From: Octopus vulgaris
Taxonomy: Eukaryota
DNA: 64,000 bases
NCBI GenBank assembly: GCA_951406725.2
Contig: OX597826.1
Location: 72,726,001 to 72,790,000 of the forward strand
Direction: 5' to 3'
This document shows positions 1 through 12,780 of the stretch, one piece after another. How positions within the stretch are numbered: the first letter of the stretch is position 1; each line of letters begins with the position of its first letter. Below the pieces are notes generated by a model. That model was not told the origin of the DNA and did not search any database. It was given only the letters and a program-made list of their open reading frames with translations. The translations under genes were made by a program, and so were the position numbers.

Positions 1-604
1 ACAGAACTAAGTACTGGAGTGGATATGATTGGTTAAAAGCTTTCAAGATGCTGCTTCAGCAGGGTAGCAGCAGCTCAGTAAGTCATTTCCTGGACTAGAT
101 TCATTCATTAAGATGATTTTTTTTTTCGAGTGTAAGATTAATTAAATAAAATTTCTACGTTTACTACATCAAAGAATGCTAATACCCACTTTACTATATG
201 TATATAGCAACTGTTGAGGGTTTTCGTCTTTTTTTCTTTTCAATTTTCAGTCTCACAAAAGAAATTATAAGTCATTCAGTGTCACGTCACTTTGTTATCT
301 GCCTTAATCTTTTTAACTTGTAAATCACTTAACCCATGCTTAGATTCACTTGTGTACACACACACACACACACACACAGTGGTTGGGAGAAGGTACAGAT
401 GCTGTATATTTTAACCCTTCTAAAATATGTTATTAAGCAGAGTTCAAAAGAACTACATATGATGAAGATTATTATAATATAACCGAACAGATCCTCACCC
501 AGTCTTGGAATTTAGAATGGCATTCCTAGGCTGCTTGCCAAAATTACTACCAGCTACACTTTTTCATTTTTGTAATTCTTCTTTTTCTTCTTCTTATTAT
601 TATT

Positions 605-820
605 AAGGCAGTGAATTTGCAGAATTGTTAGCACATTGGACAAAATGCTTAACAGCATTTCTTCTGGCTCTTTATGTTCTGAGTTCAAATCCCACTGAGA
701 TCAACTTTGCTAGTCATCCTTTTGGTTTCAATAAAGTACCAGTCATGTATTTGGGTTGATATAATCAACTTACTCCCCCACTACCACCTTCAAAGTTGCT
801 GGCCTTGTGCCAAAATTAAA
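605..820 (+). mobile_element. tRNA-derived SINE family A, diverged copy
   Basis: AAGGCAGTGA...GAGTTCAAATC...CATCCTTT...AAGTACCAG; similar to the copies at 6732, 10391, 37168 and 52750. Confidence 0.75.
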
Positions 821-829
821 AAGAATAAT

Positions 830-1268
830 TACCACCTGACTGGCATGTAAAAAACACCATTCAAGCATGACCGATACCAATGTCGCCGGCCTGATGACCA
901 ATGCCAATGCCACTGGACCGACTCCCGTGCTAGTGGCATGTAAGAGCATGACCGATGCCAATTCCGCTGGACTGACTCCTGTGCTGGTGGCATGTAAAAA
1001 ACAGTGCTAGCGCCTGTGTCAGTGGCATGTAAAAAGCACCATTCAAGCGTGGTCAATGCCAGTGCCACCTGACTTGGCCCCATGCCGGTGGCATGTAAAA
1101 AGTACCCACTACAATCTTGGAGTGGTTGGCATTAGGAAGGGCATCCACCTGTAGAAATCTTGCCAGATCAAATTGGAGCCTGGTGCAGTTTCCTGGCTTG
1201 TCAGTCCTCAGTTAAACTGTCCAACCCATGCCAGCATGGAAAGAGGATGTCAAACGATGATGATGATG
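830..1268 (+). mobile_element. Retroposon family D (variable TGGCATGTAAAAAGCAC subunits, TTAGGAAGGGCATCC core, (GAT)n tail)
   Basis: Same core and tail at about 1612-1905(-), 16055-16372(+), 33595-33772(-), 39250-39412(+), 42738-42880(-), 49515-49888(+), 57458-57615(-) and 62350-62563(+). Confidence 0.8.
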
Positions 1269-2099
1269 GTTATTGGGATTGTTCGGATTGGCAAAATCAT
1301 TGAAGTGTTGGACAAAATGCCTTGTGGTATTTTTGCTACAACTCTTAATGACTTGAGTTCAAATCCTGCACCCTCTGGTGTTGCTTATATAAAATACCAG
1401 TCAAGTACTGGGGTTGATGGTATTAACTTCACTCCCTACCTCATCAAAAGTGCTGGCTTCTCACCTAAATTACAAGCAATCATTATTAGGGTGGAGATTG
1501 GCAGAATTGTTAGAACTTTGGATAAAATACTTTGTGATTTTTTTTCTAACTCTTTATAGTCTGAGTTCAAATCCTGCCAAAGCTACTTTTGCATTTTGTT
1601 CTTCTAGAGTTCATCATCATCATTATATGTCTGTTTTTCATGCTGACATGGGTTATATGGTTTGACAGGAGCTGGCAAACTAGTGGGATGCACCAGGCTC
1701 CAGATGCCTGTCCTGGCATGGTTTCTCCGGCTGGATATCCTTCCTAACATCAACCATTTTTCAGAGTGTACTGGGTCCCTTTTTACATGGCACCAGCACT
1801 GGCACTCCCTCGATACTGCTGGCACGGGTGCTTATTATGTGGCACCAGCATGGATGCTTATTACGTCCTGCTGGCAAGGGTGCTTTCAATGTGGCACCGG
1901 CACAGGGTTAATAAAGCAAAGTAACTTTCAAGCACTGGTGTTGATTTAATTAAAAAAACATTTCTGCACAAATCCTGGCCTTTTGCCCAAATTACTGTTT
2001 TAGTAGTTTCATTTTTATTGCACGCTCACAGAGCACAGCTTTGTATTCCTTTGATACCTGCAGTATTTTGTTTTGGTTTTTTATATTTTGTTGTACTAG

Positions 2100-2740
2100 C
2101 CATACAATATGTGTGCAGTGCCTAGTCATACTATTTTCTGTATGTTGTGTTTATTTTTTTTTTGTATGTTTTAGATTTTGACTCATCTTTCTCTTATTTG
2201 TTTCAGTCATTGGGTTGGTTATCTGTATTTCTAGATCTTTAGACCTCAGTAATCTCCTCATTTTCTGTAGAGATACATTGTCTGTGGGGACAGATACTTT
2301 GATTAGGAGGTATTTCCTCTCCCTGTGGTTTCTATTAACATTACCCAGCTCATTAGTCTTGATTTCCCTGTCTGTCGATTGGCATGTCCCAGAATATATC
2401 TGCACTTCAATTATCTGATGGTATTTTGTTATTATTCTAGCATAACTCCCCATGTATGAAAGCCCCAACTCACATATTTTCTTTTGGTGCAGCCAGAGCC
2501 TGGTACATTTTTTTTCTTCCCAGTCTCCTCATATTCTGCAGTTACTTAATGCTTTCTGCATCATTACATATTGTTAAGGGCTTCTTCTTAACTTTCTTTT
2601 AGCATGATCTCCTGTTACTCTATTTTAGCTTAGTTTTAAGCTTTTATGCAGTATCTGTTGTTGTTGTTGTTTCCTCTTTCCTGTTACTATTATTTCAATT
2701 TGTATTTGTTGCTTTCTTTGAAGACAGAAAATGGATTTTT
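2100..2740 (-). mobile_element. R4/Dong-like non-LTR retrotransposon relic (restriction-like endonuclease C-terminus)
   Basis: Degenerate TDREIK..LLIKVSVPTDNV..SKDLEIQI and terminal KIV*LGTAHIL resemble the RLE-domain motifs TDREIKANRPDI..DV.VP.D..KY.DL and LGTAHIL. Confidence 0.7.
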
Positions 2741-2779
2741 GTTTTGTTTATGTCTTGTCATTATCTACATTAGCTTGCC

Positions 2780-3309
2780 GTGAAGGCATGTGGCTTAACT
2801 CTTTCGTTACCGTATTTATTTCGAGATGCTCTGTGTTTCTTTCAATTACTTTTAAATATAACAAAGAATTTAGTAAAATAACTTAATTATCATTCAGCTA
2901 GTGTTAAGAACATAAATTGTGACTAAGGCTCGGTGGAAGATTTTAATTCAAAAACCTATGTAAACGAGACATTTGCACTCAGAGCCAGAGCTGGTTTCAG
3001 CTGGGTTGGTAGCAAAAGGGTTAATGGTGAGGATATTCAGCTCATAATCATAAGGTCATGAGTTCAATTCCTGGCAGTGCATTATGCCCTTGAGCAAGAC
3101 ACTTTATTTCCTGTTACTTCAGCCCACTCAGCTGGCAAAAATGAGTAGCACCTGCATTTCAAAGAGCCAGCTTTGTCACATTCTGTGTCATGCTGAATCT
3201 CCCCGAGAGCTACATTAAGAGTACTCATGCCTGTGGAGTACTCAGCCACTTGCATGTTAATTTGATTGGATCAACTGGAACCTTGTCGTTGTAAGCAACA
3301 GAGTGCCAG
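2780..3309 (+). mobile_element. tRNA-derived SINE family C, interrupted by a MITE
   Basis: A-box split at TTAA, B-box GAGTTCAATTC, CCTTGAGCAAGACACTT core; matches 7073-7395 and 9040-9340. Confidence 0.8.
2799..3020. mobile_element. piggyBac-type MITE with TTAA TSD
   Basis: TTAA|CTCTTTCGTTAC...GTAGCAAAAGGG|TTAA; inverted copy of 4826-5046. Confidence 0.85.
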
Positions 3310-3754
3310 TAAGTTATTAAATTGCCGTTGTCCTCTGACAGATATTACAAAACCGGCTAAAGTAGGTTGTTTTCCCAGTTGTTCATTCATTCTCTGTGAT
3401 ATTATTGCTCTTCAGTTGCTACGTGTATTTTTTTAGAATTTCTTGCTTCTGTAGTTTGGAGGTATTAAGATGGTTAAATAAATTTGAACATGAAAATTTT
3501 GAATTAGCCTAATACATTTATTAACATTATTAATTACGCCATAAAATGAATGTCACTCGGTTTATGAATATCTAGAGCATGTAATTCTTCTTTTTTTTTT
3601 TCAAAAAATGGAATGTATGCATTGGAGATTAAGAAAAATAAAATCATATGGCATTAATTTTTGGTTGGGTACCGGAAACAGCACTTCATCTATGACACAT
3701 TGAATTAAAAATTTGTTAATTATGTTATCTGGAATGTCTTATGTTTTTTTTTAT

Positions 3755-4110
3755 CGTTTATCTTTTACGTGTTTCAGTTATTAGACTGTGACCATGCTAG
3801 GGCACTGCCTTGAAGCATTTTTATTTGAATGAATTGAGCTTAGTATTCTTTTTCCTGAAACCTGGTGCATATTTTGTCGGGCTCTTTTACCAGACTGCTA
3901 AGTTATGGGGATATAAAGACACCAACACTGGTTGTCAAGCAGTGGTAGGGGATAACACAGACACACAGACATGACAGGCTTCTTGCAGTTTCCGTCTACT
4001 AAATCCACTCACAAGGCTTTGGTTGGCCTGAAGCTATAGTAGAAGATACTTGCCCAAGGTACCACGCAGTGGGACTGAACCTGGAACCATGTGCTTGGGA
4101 AGCAAACTTC
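3755..4110 (-). mobile_element. tRNA-derived SINE family B
   Basis: Matches the young copies at 36338-36739 and 60631-61035 (core GTGAGTGGATTTGGTAGACGGAAACTG, tail TGACTGAAACAAGTAAAAGA). Confidence 0.8.
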
Positions 4111-4825
4111 TGTGTCTGCGTATTTTTCTTAATTTTTAATTTTTTTTTTTTTTGTAGGGTCATATAATTCACACGATTTCTTGGATTTCCTTTGTTGACT
4201 ATACATGGCAGTCCATTTCCATTAGTGTTTATATCAAATACAACTTCCACTAATTGTAATGGTCATTGCAGCATTTGGGTGAATTTCTTGATTATTCTTG
4301 TGATATTTTTTGAGTTGTCACATTGTAAAATCCATGACCAGCCCAAAAAATTCTTGGCAATTTGAAGTATAGTTCTCCAAGATCTCCAGACAAACTGTAT
4401 TATTCATGATATCCTTGAACTGATGTATGAGATTGACCCCCTTTTGTAAACAAGCAGCCCCTATCAATGTCACCATCATGCTCAATTGTTAGTTTCGTGC
4501 ATTCTGGTTGTCAGTGCCAAATAAACTTTGGCTTGTCTGACAGCAAAGTTTTTTGATCAGTCTGACAGCATAGAAATTTTATTGCTCCTGTTGTAATTGT
4601 AACTGTAATTTGGGCCTTGAGTACTTAGACTAATAAAACATAACCTGCTAGATTCCAGCAAAGAAGTAAAGAACTCATAATTCATTTTATGTGGATAAGA
4701 GTTATGTTATAAATAATTGGCAAAAACAAAGATGTTCTTAAGATCAGAAACCCAAGTGAGAATGCACACAGAAGAGAAATCGATTGACCTTTCAGGAACA
4801 TGACAATTTGAAATGCCATGTTTAA

Positions 4826-5046
4826 CCCTTTCGTTACCAACCTGGCTGAAACCGGCTCTGGCTCTGAGTACAAATGTCTTGTTTTCATAAGTGTTGATTT
4901 AAAATCTTCCATCAAACCTTTGTCACAATTTATGTTCCAAACACTAGCTTAATGATAACTAAGTTATTTTACTAAATTCTTTGTTATATTTAAAATTAAT
5001 TGAACAAAACACAGAACATCTCAAAATAAATACAGTAATGAAAGGG
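4826..5046. mobile_element. piggyBac-type MITE with TTAA TSD
   Basis: TTAA|CCCTTTCGTTAC...GTAATGAAAGGG|TTAA. Confidence 0.88.
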
Positions 5047-6179
5047 TTAAGAGCTAAAAAACTGTTGGTTGTCTTATCCCTAAACAAATGGAATGAATAT
5101 AAGCAGAGTAGTTTTTCAGAGAAATGTCCAGATTTTCACATGCAACATGCCCCACAAACTCAAACTACTTTAGTTGATATTTGATGCCAGTGACGCCAAT
5201 CTGAATTTGGTATTTCTGTTGAGCCTCATTCAAAATGTTGGTGATGGTCATTTTCTTTTCTTTCATTGACAAACAATGAATGTATTGAGTTCTCCTTTCA
5301 GGACTTTTCATGGCTGCCTTGATTTAAGACAAAGAATAGTTACATGTTTCTTTGAAGATGTCCACTAGTATGGTAAGCAACAGCTACAGGGCATCTGGAG
5401 TGGTTTTCGTTTGAAAAGTCCATTTCAGCTTAGGTGGCTGCATAACTCTGAGCTGTGTCTTGTGTCCCTGACGACGAGCTTTTCATTTAACCATCACAAC
5501 AAATGCTAGGATGAGATAAACACTTAACAGTTTGTCTTGCATAGCATAATAGCATATATTTGAATATCTAAATGAAAATACCTTTATTTTTGTCTGTTTT
5601 AAAAGTTCTTAAATTATGTGACATTGATTTTTGAGGCTTTATTAATATTGTCGATAACTGCATTATGCTAATGAAAAATTTTTTTGAGAGGAAAAAAGAA
5701 ATTCTTTATATTTATATGTAGTTTGAATTGTGTGATTAAATCAATGAAAATAATTAATGCTTATTCATCATTATACTCATCTTTAAAGTGTCACCATCAT
5801 ATGTATGTGTGTGTGTGTGTGTGTGTGTGGGTGTGTGTGTGTGTGTAACACAGAATGCAGCATTTAGTTGTTTGTCTTACATGACTATATTTACCGAAGT
5901 GAGGTTATATTAACTCTTATTTAATGTTATCACTGATATGATGATTATCATCACCACTATCACAAGTATAATCACCACCGTCTCCACTGGTATGACCATT
6001 ATCATCAACATCACCACCACCACCACCACCACCACCACTACTGCCAGCACCCCTGCCTCTACTCTCCGTATCACCATCTACACTGCCACACTCATCACTC
6101 ATTGCTACCATCACTATGATTAATAATTTATTTTTATGAAAAACAGACTGTTATTTTCTATATTTTGTGCATATATACA

Positions 6180-6217
<38 letters not shown>

Positions 6218-6731
6218 TGCACACTTGTGCTTGCACATATCCACATATTATGTACGAAGTATGAGCAAGTTAATTTGTATGACATTTCATTCACCACCCT
6301 CGCCACATTAACGCAACTGGTGTATTGGTACCAATTGGTATTTATCTTTGACCTTCCTCTACTCTCACAAATAGAGGCACTATTTAACCTTCAAGATCAT
6401 AATAACGGTGATGGCAGTGACTGGTTTAACTGCTTCAAGTAAGAGCTGAATGTTTTCACTGGAGTGGTACTTGACTATTTAGGAGACTGATTTGAGTAGA
6501 CCTTCATGGAATGGTACCTGATTATTTAGCAAACAGAGCTTCAGTGGTGTGGCACTCGGTTGTTTTGGATAGAGACTGAGTGTGGCTTGAGTGGGACTTT
6601 ATCGCATTGGCAAATACTATAAAAATAAACTGATTAAGTGGGATTTAATCAGTTATTTTTAGTTTCTGTTGAAACTATGGCTAGCTTAATTATAATTATT
6701 TCAGATGTGCCTTGGTTCAAATCTGCTATAT

Positions 6732-6963
6732 AGGTGGCGAGCTAGCAAAAACGTTAGCACGCCGGGCAAAATGCGTAGCTGTATTTCGTCTGCCGTTACG
6801 TTCTGAGTTCAAATTCCGCTGAGGTCGACTTTGCTTTTCATTCTTTTGGGGTTGATAAATTAAGTACCAGTTGCGCACTGGGGTTGATATAATCGACTTA
6901 ATCCGTTTGTCTGTCCATGTTTGTCCCCTCTGTGTTTAGCCCCTTGTGGGTTGTAAAGAAATA
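6732..6963 (+). mobile_element. SINE family A, young full-length copy
   Basis: Pol III A/B boxes, GTCGACTTTGC...CAT..TTT.GGGGT.GATAAATTAAGTACCAG core (Nin/Deu-like, from recall), tail GTTTAGCCCCTTGTGGG..GTAAAGAAATA. Confidence 0.88.
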
Positions 6964-7072
6964 TATATAGGCTATATTGATGGCATTGAGAGGTCCATGG
7001 CACAGCAGTAACCCCCTCAAAGAGGATTTTTGTAACTGAATGCTCTAGAAGTATGTTGTGCATCATCAAGTA

Positions 7073-7395
7073 GGGAAGGCACATGGCTTAGTGGTTACGG
7101 TGTTCAGTTCGTGATCATAAGGTTGTAAGTTCAATTCCCAGCAGCACATTGTGTCCTTGAGCAAGACACTCCATTTCACATTGCTCCAGTCCTCTCATCT
7201 GGCGAAAGTGAGTAGTACCTGTATTTCAATGGGCTGGTCTTGTCGCATTCTGTGTCATGCTGAATCTTTCTGAGAACTATGTTAAGTGTATGCATGCCTG
7301 TGGAGTACTTGGCCATTTGCATGTTAATTTCTTGAGCAGGCTGTTCTGCTGATAGGGATCAACTTGAACTCGCGTGGGTGTAACCAACAAAGTGT
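7073..7395 (+). mobile_element. SINE family C
   Basis: GGCACATGGCTTAGTGG A-box, GTTCAATTCC B-box, body shared with the 2780 and 9040 copies. Confidence 0.85.
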
Positions 7396-8381
7396 CTATT
7401 TAATAAACTGAATAGACTGTTGTTAGTGCTTGTTGTATATCAAGACCCTTAATGTATATCAGATACAGTTTACTGTAAGCAGTACATCAAGCACTCTGTT
7501 GCAACTGTATGTTATGTAACACACATGCTATTATATTATTATAGCATGTCGGTTGTTTTACTGATGTCCAAAGATAATGTGAATATCTTTGTAGGTTACT
7601 AGTTGTTAAGTATCAGGTTAGACCTGGTCCAATACACTTCTGTTCAAAAATGTTCCAGCTGTGACACATTATCCAATGTAACGTTTATTGCTTTTTTTTT
7701 TAAGATGGGAGTGTGTGATTTGAAAGAGATTTGCCTGCTATGTCTAGCAGCTTGATTAAGTGCACAGAGGCTCTATCATTGGCTGGTGTTTGGTTAGAAG
7801 TTCTTAGTTGAAAATATCTGGCTGGTTTGTTCTGAATCTCCATTGATTTTAGGACTGGTGCTTATTTACAGTTTCTGTGATATGAAGTGGATCTGAGAGA
7901 GAGATTTTTTTGGATAAGATGCTGCTTTGTCACTGACAAGATTCCTCATTGAAGGAAGAATTGAACTTGCTGTTGCAAACAGCTGAATTGCTCATCAATT
8001 CTATAGTGTTGTTGCAACCTGCAGTGATAAACTATATCACTTTGTGATACCTATTTAGGGTAAGGTAAAGTATATCATGGCACCTATTTAGAACTAGGTG
8101 AACTGTTGTACTTCTTTAGAATTGTTTTAGAACTACAATGGTCTATAAAACTCAGAACTGGGTGAATTCAACCAGTAAAGAGAATATGAAATTCTAAACA
8201 TTTACTGTTTGTTAGGTACACAGTCAAAGATGTCTTTTACAACAATATCTGCTTTATTATCTATGAATTTCTTGTACATTTACACATCACAACTTTGTTA
8301 GTTTTTCATGTGAATTTCTGGTTTGTACTTATCTATTTCCATACCACAATTTCATTTCTGTGGTTTCACACCATATCTAAT

Positions 8382-8604
8382 TTCTTAGCATTCAGATTAC
8401 TCTGTCCAATGTAATGCTGATTTATCTACATTGTTTTGAATTGATCATGCATTATCTCATAGCTTTGAGATTTCGATGTTGTGATTGTTTATATTTTTTT
8501 AGAGTGACATTATAAAGTAGGTGTGAGAGGCTGGTTCTAGTCAGTTTGAACACAAAAACAGAGTATTTGGGCCTGATATTACCAGTTAAAATGCTAAAGG
8601 GTTA
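8382..8604. mobile_element. Second TTAA-type MITE family, degenerate
   Basis: TTAGCATTCAG...AATGCTAAAGGGTTAA; related reverse copy near 43390-43552. Confidence 0.6.
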
Positions 8605-8765
8605 AAGCCTATATGTACAGGGATTTTCTTATCAAATTCCCTCTCTGTTACCAAATTGTATCTAAGTTGTTCACCCCACACCAGTATTACTGGCAGAAGA
8701 CAAACAGTCACCGTGAGAATCACTGTATTGTTACTTATTTATTTTTTCTTCTCTTTCTGTTGCAG

Positions 8766-8898
8766 TGCGATGCGCATTCTTCTGTCCAAGCTTCCCCGGC
8801 CATGGATCGTTGATGAGAAGAAAGACGATGGTTACACAGCATTGCACCTGGCAGCACTTAATAATCATGTGGAAGTGGCTGAGCTGCTAGTCGATCAG
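8766..8898 (+). CDS. MIB1: MIB1 exon, ankyrin repeat region (phase 2 to 0)
   Basis: Polypyrimidine tract, TGCAG acceptor and GTGAGT donor. Encodes (S)[44 protein letters not shown], nearly identical to vertebrate MIB1 as recalled. Confidence 0.97.
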
Positions 8899-9039
8899 GT
8901 GAGTTGTGCTTTTGATTGGGCTGACAGGTACACTGGAAGGAAGTGGTTGGGAGGTCATAGAAAGATGAGAAAAGAACGGAATGAGTGGCGATGAGAGAGA
9001 GAGAGAGAGAGAGTGATGATTTTGTAATGATGGACATCA

Positions 9040-9340
9040 TTACGACAATGTTCCAGTTGATTCGATTAATGGAATGATGATGATGATGATTAATAGTTTT
9101 TTGAAATTAATGTGCAAGTGGCTGAGTACTCCACAGACATGCGTACCCTTAATGTACTTCTCCGGGAGATTCAGCATGGTATAAAATGGGACATGGTTGA
9201 CCCTTTTGAATTATGGGTATAACTAACTTTTGCTGGCTGAATGGACTGGGACATTGTGAAATAAAGTATCTTGCTCAAGGACATGACACACCATACAATT
9301 GTGAGCTGAATACCCTAAACACTAGGCAACACACCTTCAC
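9040..9340 (-). mobile_element. SINE family C
   Basis: Reverse complement of the 7073-7395 body (GTGCAAGTGGCTGAGTACTCCACAGACATGC...). Confidence 0.8.
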
Positions 9341-9575
9341 GATGATATAGTAAGGAGTGAAGAGAAGAATAAAGGAAGGGAAAGCATGAAGAGCAGGTAA
9401 AATGAATGGCAGAGAGAGAGAGAGATGAGAGACAGAGAAGAAGTGAAGAAAGAAGGATCAAAAGAGATGGGGTTTCGACAGAGAGAGAAAAATGTTGGCT
9501 CAGTTTAAGAAAATGATGGGTTTAAACTTATGCTTTACAATCTTAACATTGAATTTTGAAATAGTTATACATTAT

Positions 9576-10262
9576 AGGCACAAGAATGGCTGTGTGGTAA
9601 AGAGGCTTGCTTTGTGACCAGGTGGTTTTCAGGTTCAGTCCCACCATATGGCACTTTGGGAAAATATGTTCTATCATAGCTCTGGGCCAAGGGCCAACCA
9701 GTACCTTGTAAGTGGATTTGGTAGGCAGGGACTGGTTGGAAACCCATCAAAAAGGTGTTCATATTATTGTTATATGATGGAGTGTTTTGGAAATTCCTTG
9801 ATACAGTTATAATATTTGGAGGGAATATTTTTTCTCAAAGAGTTAAGATTGAGAAAAGAACCTTTTTAGAAAGTTCTTAACATTGAACTGAAAGCACTTG
9901 CACATCTATAAAAGCAAAACGCCGCACACATTTTGTGAAATCCCTTCTCAAAGGTTAGTGCCTTTCGACTTTCTAAAAATGTTCTTTTCTCAATCTTAAC
10001 TCTTTCAGAAAAAATCTTCTCTCCAAATGTGTGTGTATGTGTGTGTGTGTTTATCACCAACTCACTGCTTAACAACTGGTGTTGGTTTATTTATCTCCCT
10101 GTAACTTAATGGTTCGGCAAAAGAGGTAGATAGAATAAGAACCTGATTTAGAAAAGAAAAAAAAAAAACCTTTACTGGAGTCTATTTGTTCAACTAAAAA
10201 TCTTCAGAGTGGTGCCCCAGAATGGCAGCAGGCCACATACTGAAACACGTAAAAGATAAAAG
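9576..10262 (+). mobile_element. SINE family B with a fold-back insertion in its central microsatellite
   Basis: Family B head at 9576-9750 and tail at about 10050-10262, separated by the inverted repeat 9814-10028. Confidence 0.75.
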
Positions 10263-11435
10263 ATTATAAACATATGTCTAAATATCACAGTACCATTGCT
10301 TATAAGTTCTTAGAATTTACATCTAGTATATAAGATGAATAAAGATTATGACAGAGAACTGGGTTTCTCCATTTATAATATATATTGTGGAAGGGTAGTG
10401 AGCTGGCAGAAACATTAGCACGCCAGGCAAAATGCTTAGCAGTATTTTGTCTGTCTTTATATTCTGAGTTTAAATTCCACCGACATCGACTTCGCCTTTC
10501 ACCCTTTCAGGGTCGATCTAATCGACTGGCCCCCTCCCCTAAAATTTTGGACCTTGTGCTTAGAATAGAAGAGAATTTATACTGAGGAGTATAACAGAAG
10601 TCACCAGACTTGCCTAGAAAAAGAGGAAGTTCACAGGAATTTTTCTGCTAAAGTTTGTTGATTGTATAAAGTGAAGTGTATGGAGGTTTTGAATTTATGT
10701 AGCTTTGTTATCAACATATTCTGCGTGGTGAGATTATATGTTACTAACAAAAAACCGTCATTGTACTCCTCCCATAACAGACTAACTGGCTCTTGCGTCA
10801 TCATAACTCAACATATAAAAGCACTTGTTTGCAGTGTTGCATTTCTCCCAGTGCCACGTCTTGATTCTTGAAGATGGTTAGATCGTCCCAGCTGTTCTGG
10901 GTGGGTGTCATATATTGACCCTTTGTAGGCAGTCTTGTAGCTGCTTCTACACTAAAGTTGATGGAATCATTTTTACAAAATACGGAGCAGCCTTATTCTT
11001 CTTATAAGGCTGTTTTTGATTTTGATTCTGTAAAAATAAAACAATAAAATATTTAAATCTTAATTCCAGTAAATAAAATGATGAAGATGATGATGATCCT
11101 TTCTACTATAGTCAACAAGGTTTGAAATTTTGGGGCTTTCAGGAGGTGAGTCAATTATATCAACCCTGGGGCTTGACTGGTTCTTACTTTTTCAATTGCA
11201 GAAAGCAAAGTTGACCTTGGCAGAATTTGAACTCAGTGTGTAAGGATGGATTTCAAATTTTGTCAAGATTAACTTTGACTTTCATCCTTTCAGGGTTGAT
11301 GATAATTATGAACGTTTTAAATTTTGGTATTAGGTTAGTAATTTTGGGGAGACGTAAGTTGATTACATTGATCCCAGTGCTTAATAACAACAACAACAAC
11401 AACAATAATAATAATGATGAGGATGATGATGATAA

Positions 11436-11810
11436 CAAGGGCACTCAGAGAGTGCAAACCTCTGCCAAGGCAACACCAATGTCCTCTCGATGATTAGCCG
11501 GAGAGGATTTTTAAAATGAGAATATCTGAAATAAACTCAACTGCTCTCACAAACAAGAATACTAAAAAAAATGAACCCGACCACTCTCAAAAATTAAGTA
11601 AAAAAACAAGAAAAAAATTCCAGAATCCTTGTTCGGTACCGGATTGATCCCAAAATCTAATCAGTTTGTGCCAGTCACGAGGCCAAACATCCCTGAAAGT
11701 TTCATCTGAATCCATCCAGCGGTTCTTGAGATATCTTGTCCATGGACAAACAAACAGACAAACATGACTGAAAACAATGCCTCTACCATTGCTAAGGTGG
11801 AGGTAGTAAT
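11436..11810 (-). mobile_element. Helentron-associated non-autonomous element (HINE/DINE-1-like)
   Basis: Minus strand reads ACCTCCACC...GGTAGAGG, then a GTCTGTTTGTTTGT tract, and ends GGCAGAGGT followed by the stem-loop GCACTCTCTGAGTGC. Confidence 0.65.
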
Positions 11811-12403
11811 AATAAGTTTCAAATTTTGGTATGAGGCTAGCAATTTTTTAATGAAAAGAGACCAGGTGATTATATTGATATCATTACTTGACTGATACTT
11901 TATTTCATTGGCCCTGAAAGGATGAAAGACAAAATTGGCCTCGGTGACATTTGAACTTAGAATATAAAGAACCGGAAGAAATGCCACTATGCATTTTATC
12001 CAGCATGCTAACAATACTGCCAGCTCACTGCCTTATATGGTTTCAAATCTTGGCACAAGGCCAGCAATTTAGAAAAGGAGCTTTGTGAGCACTTCACTGG
12101 TACTTATTTTGACTTCCAGAAGGATGAATCACAAAATTGGCCTTAACTGGGCACTCTTTTAGCTTCATTGTAATTCACATTAGTTTGAACTCATAATCTC
12201 AAAGTCTTTTTTTCTTCAAATCACTATATTATAATACATGTGACACTCACTTTAAGTATTTTCACCCAATAATGCGACATTCTTAATACAAAGAAGGCTG
12301 ATACTACTCATCAGTGTCATTACTTTTCCCTCAAGTTCAATATATTTACTGATCATCTCTAATTCTTACTCTGCTGATGAAATAAAAAATTAGGACATGC
12401 CAA

Positions 12404-12780
12404 TCTCTATATGTATAAAGCTGAAGTTGTCTGTGTATGGCAGGTTTGGTAGCCTTCAACTATCACTATCTCCTTCGAGACCCTGCAGCGCAAGTTGACC
12501 GAAATTGAGAGTATGATAGAAGAAGGCTTGCTCTTCATTCTGTAGAAGAAAAAATTCAAATCAGACCATTTAAGACCAAAAATTATTTACATCAAAAAGG
12601 TGCTTTTTTTTTCTTTGAAAATCCCTATTTTTTACAACTTTTTTACTGCTGTGTCACCATTTCTCGGTGAATTTCAACCAGAAAAATGTTCACTTAAAGA
12701 GAATAGCAAGCTACATAATGCAAAAATTCCAATTCTAAAGGGTCGAAACAAACCCAAGCAACGCCGGGTGATACTGCTAG
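12404..12780 (+). mobile_element. Non-autonomous Helitron
   Basis: A|TCTCTATATGTATAAAG start; 3' hairpin ACCCAAGC-AAC-GCCGGGT then CTAG|T; no TSD. Confidence 0.82.

Noticed and set aside
830-1100. CRISPR-like repeat-spacer array
   Set aside because: Eukaryotic intron, degenerate repeats, related spacers and no cas genes; it is part of retroposon family D.
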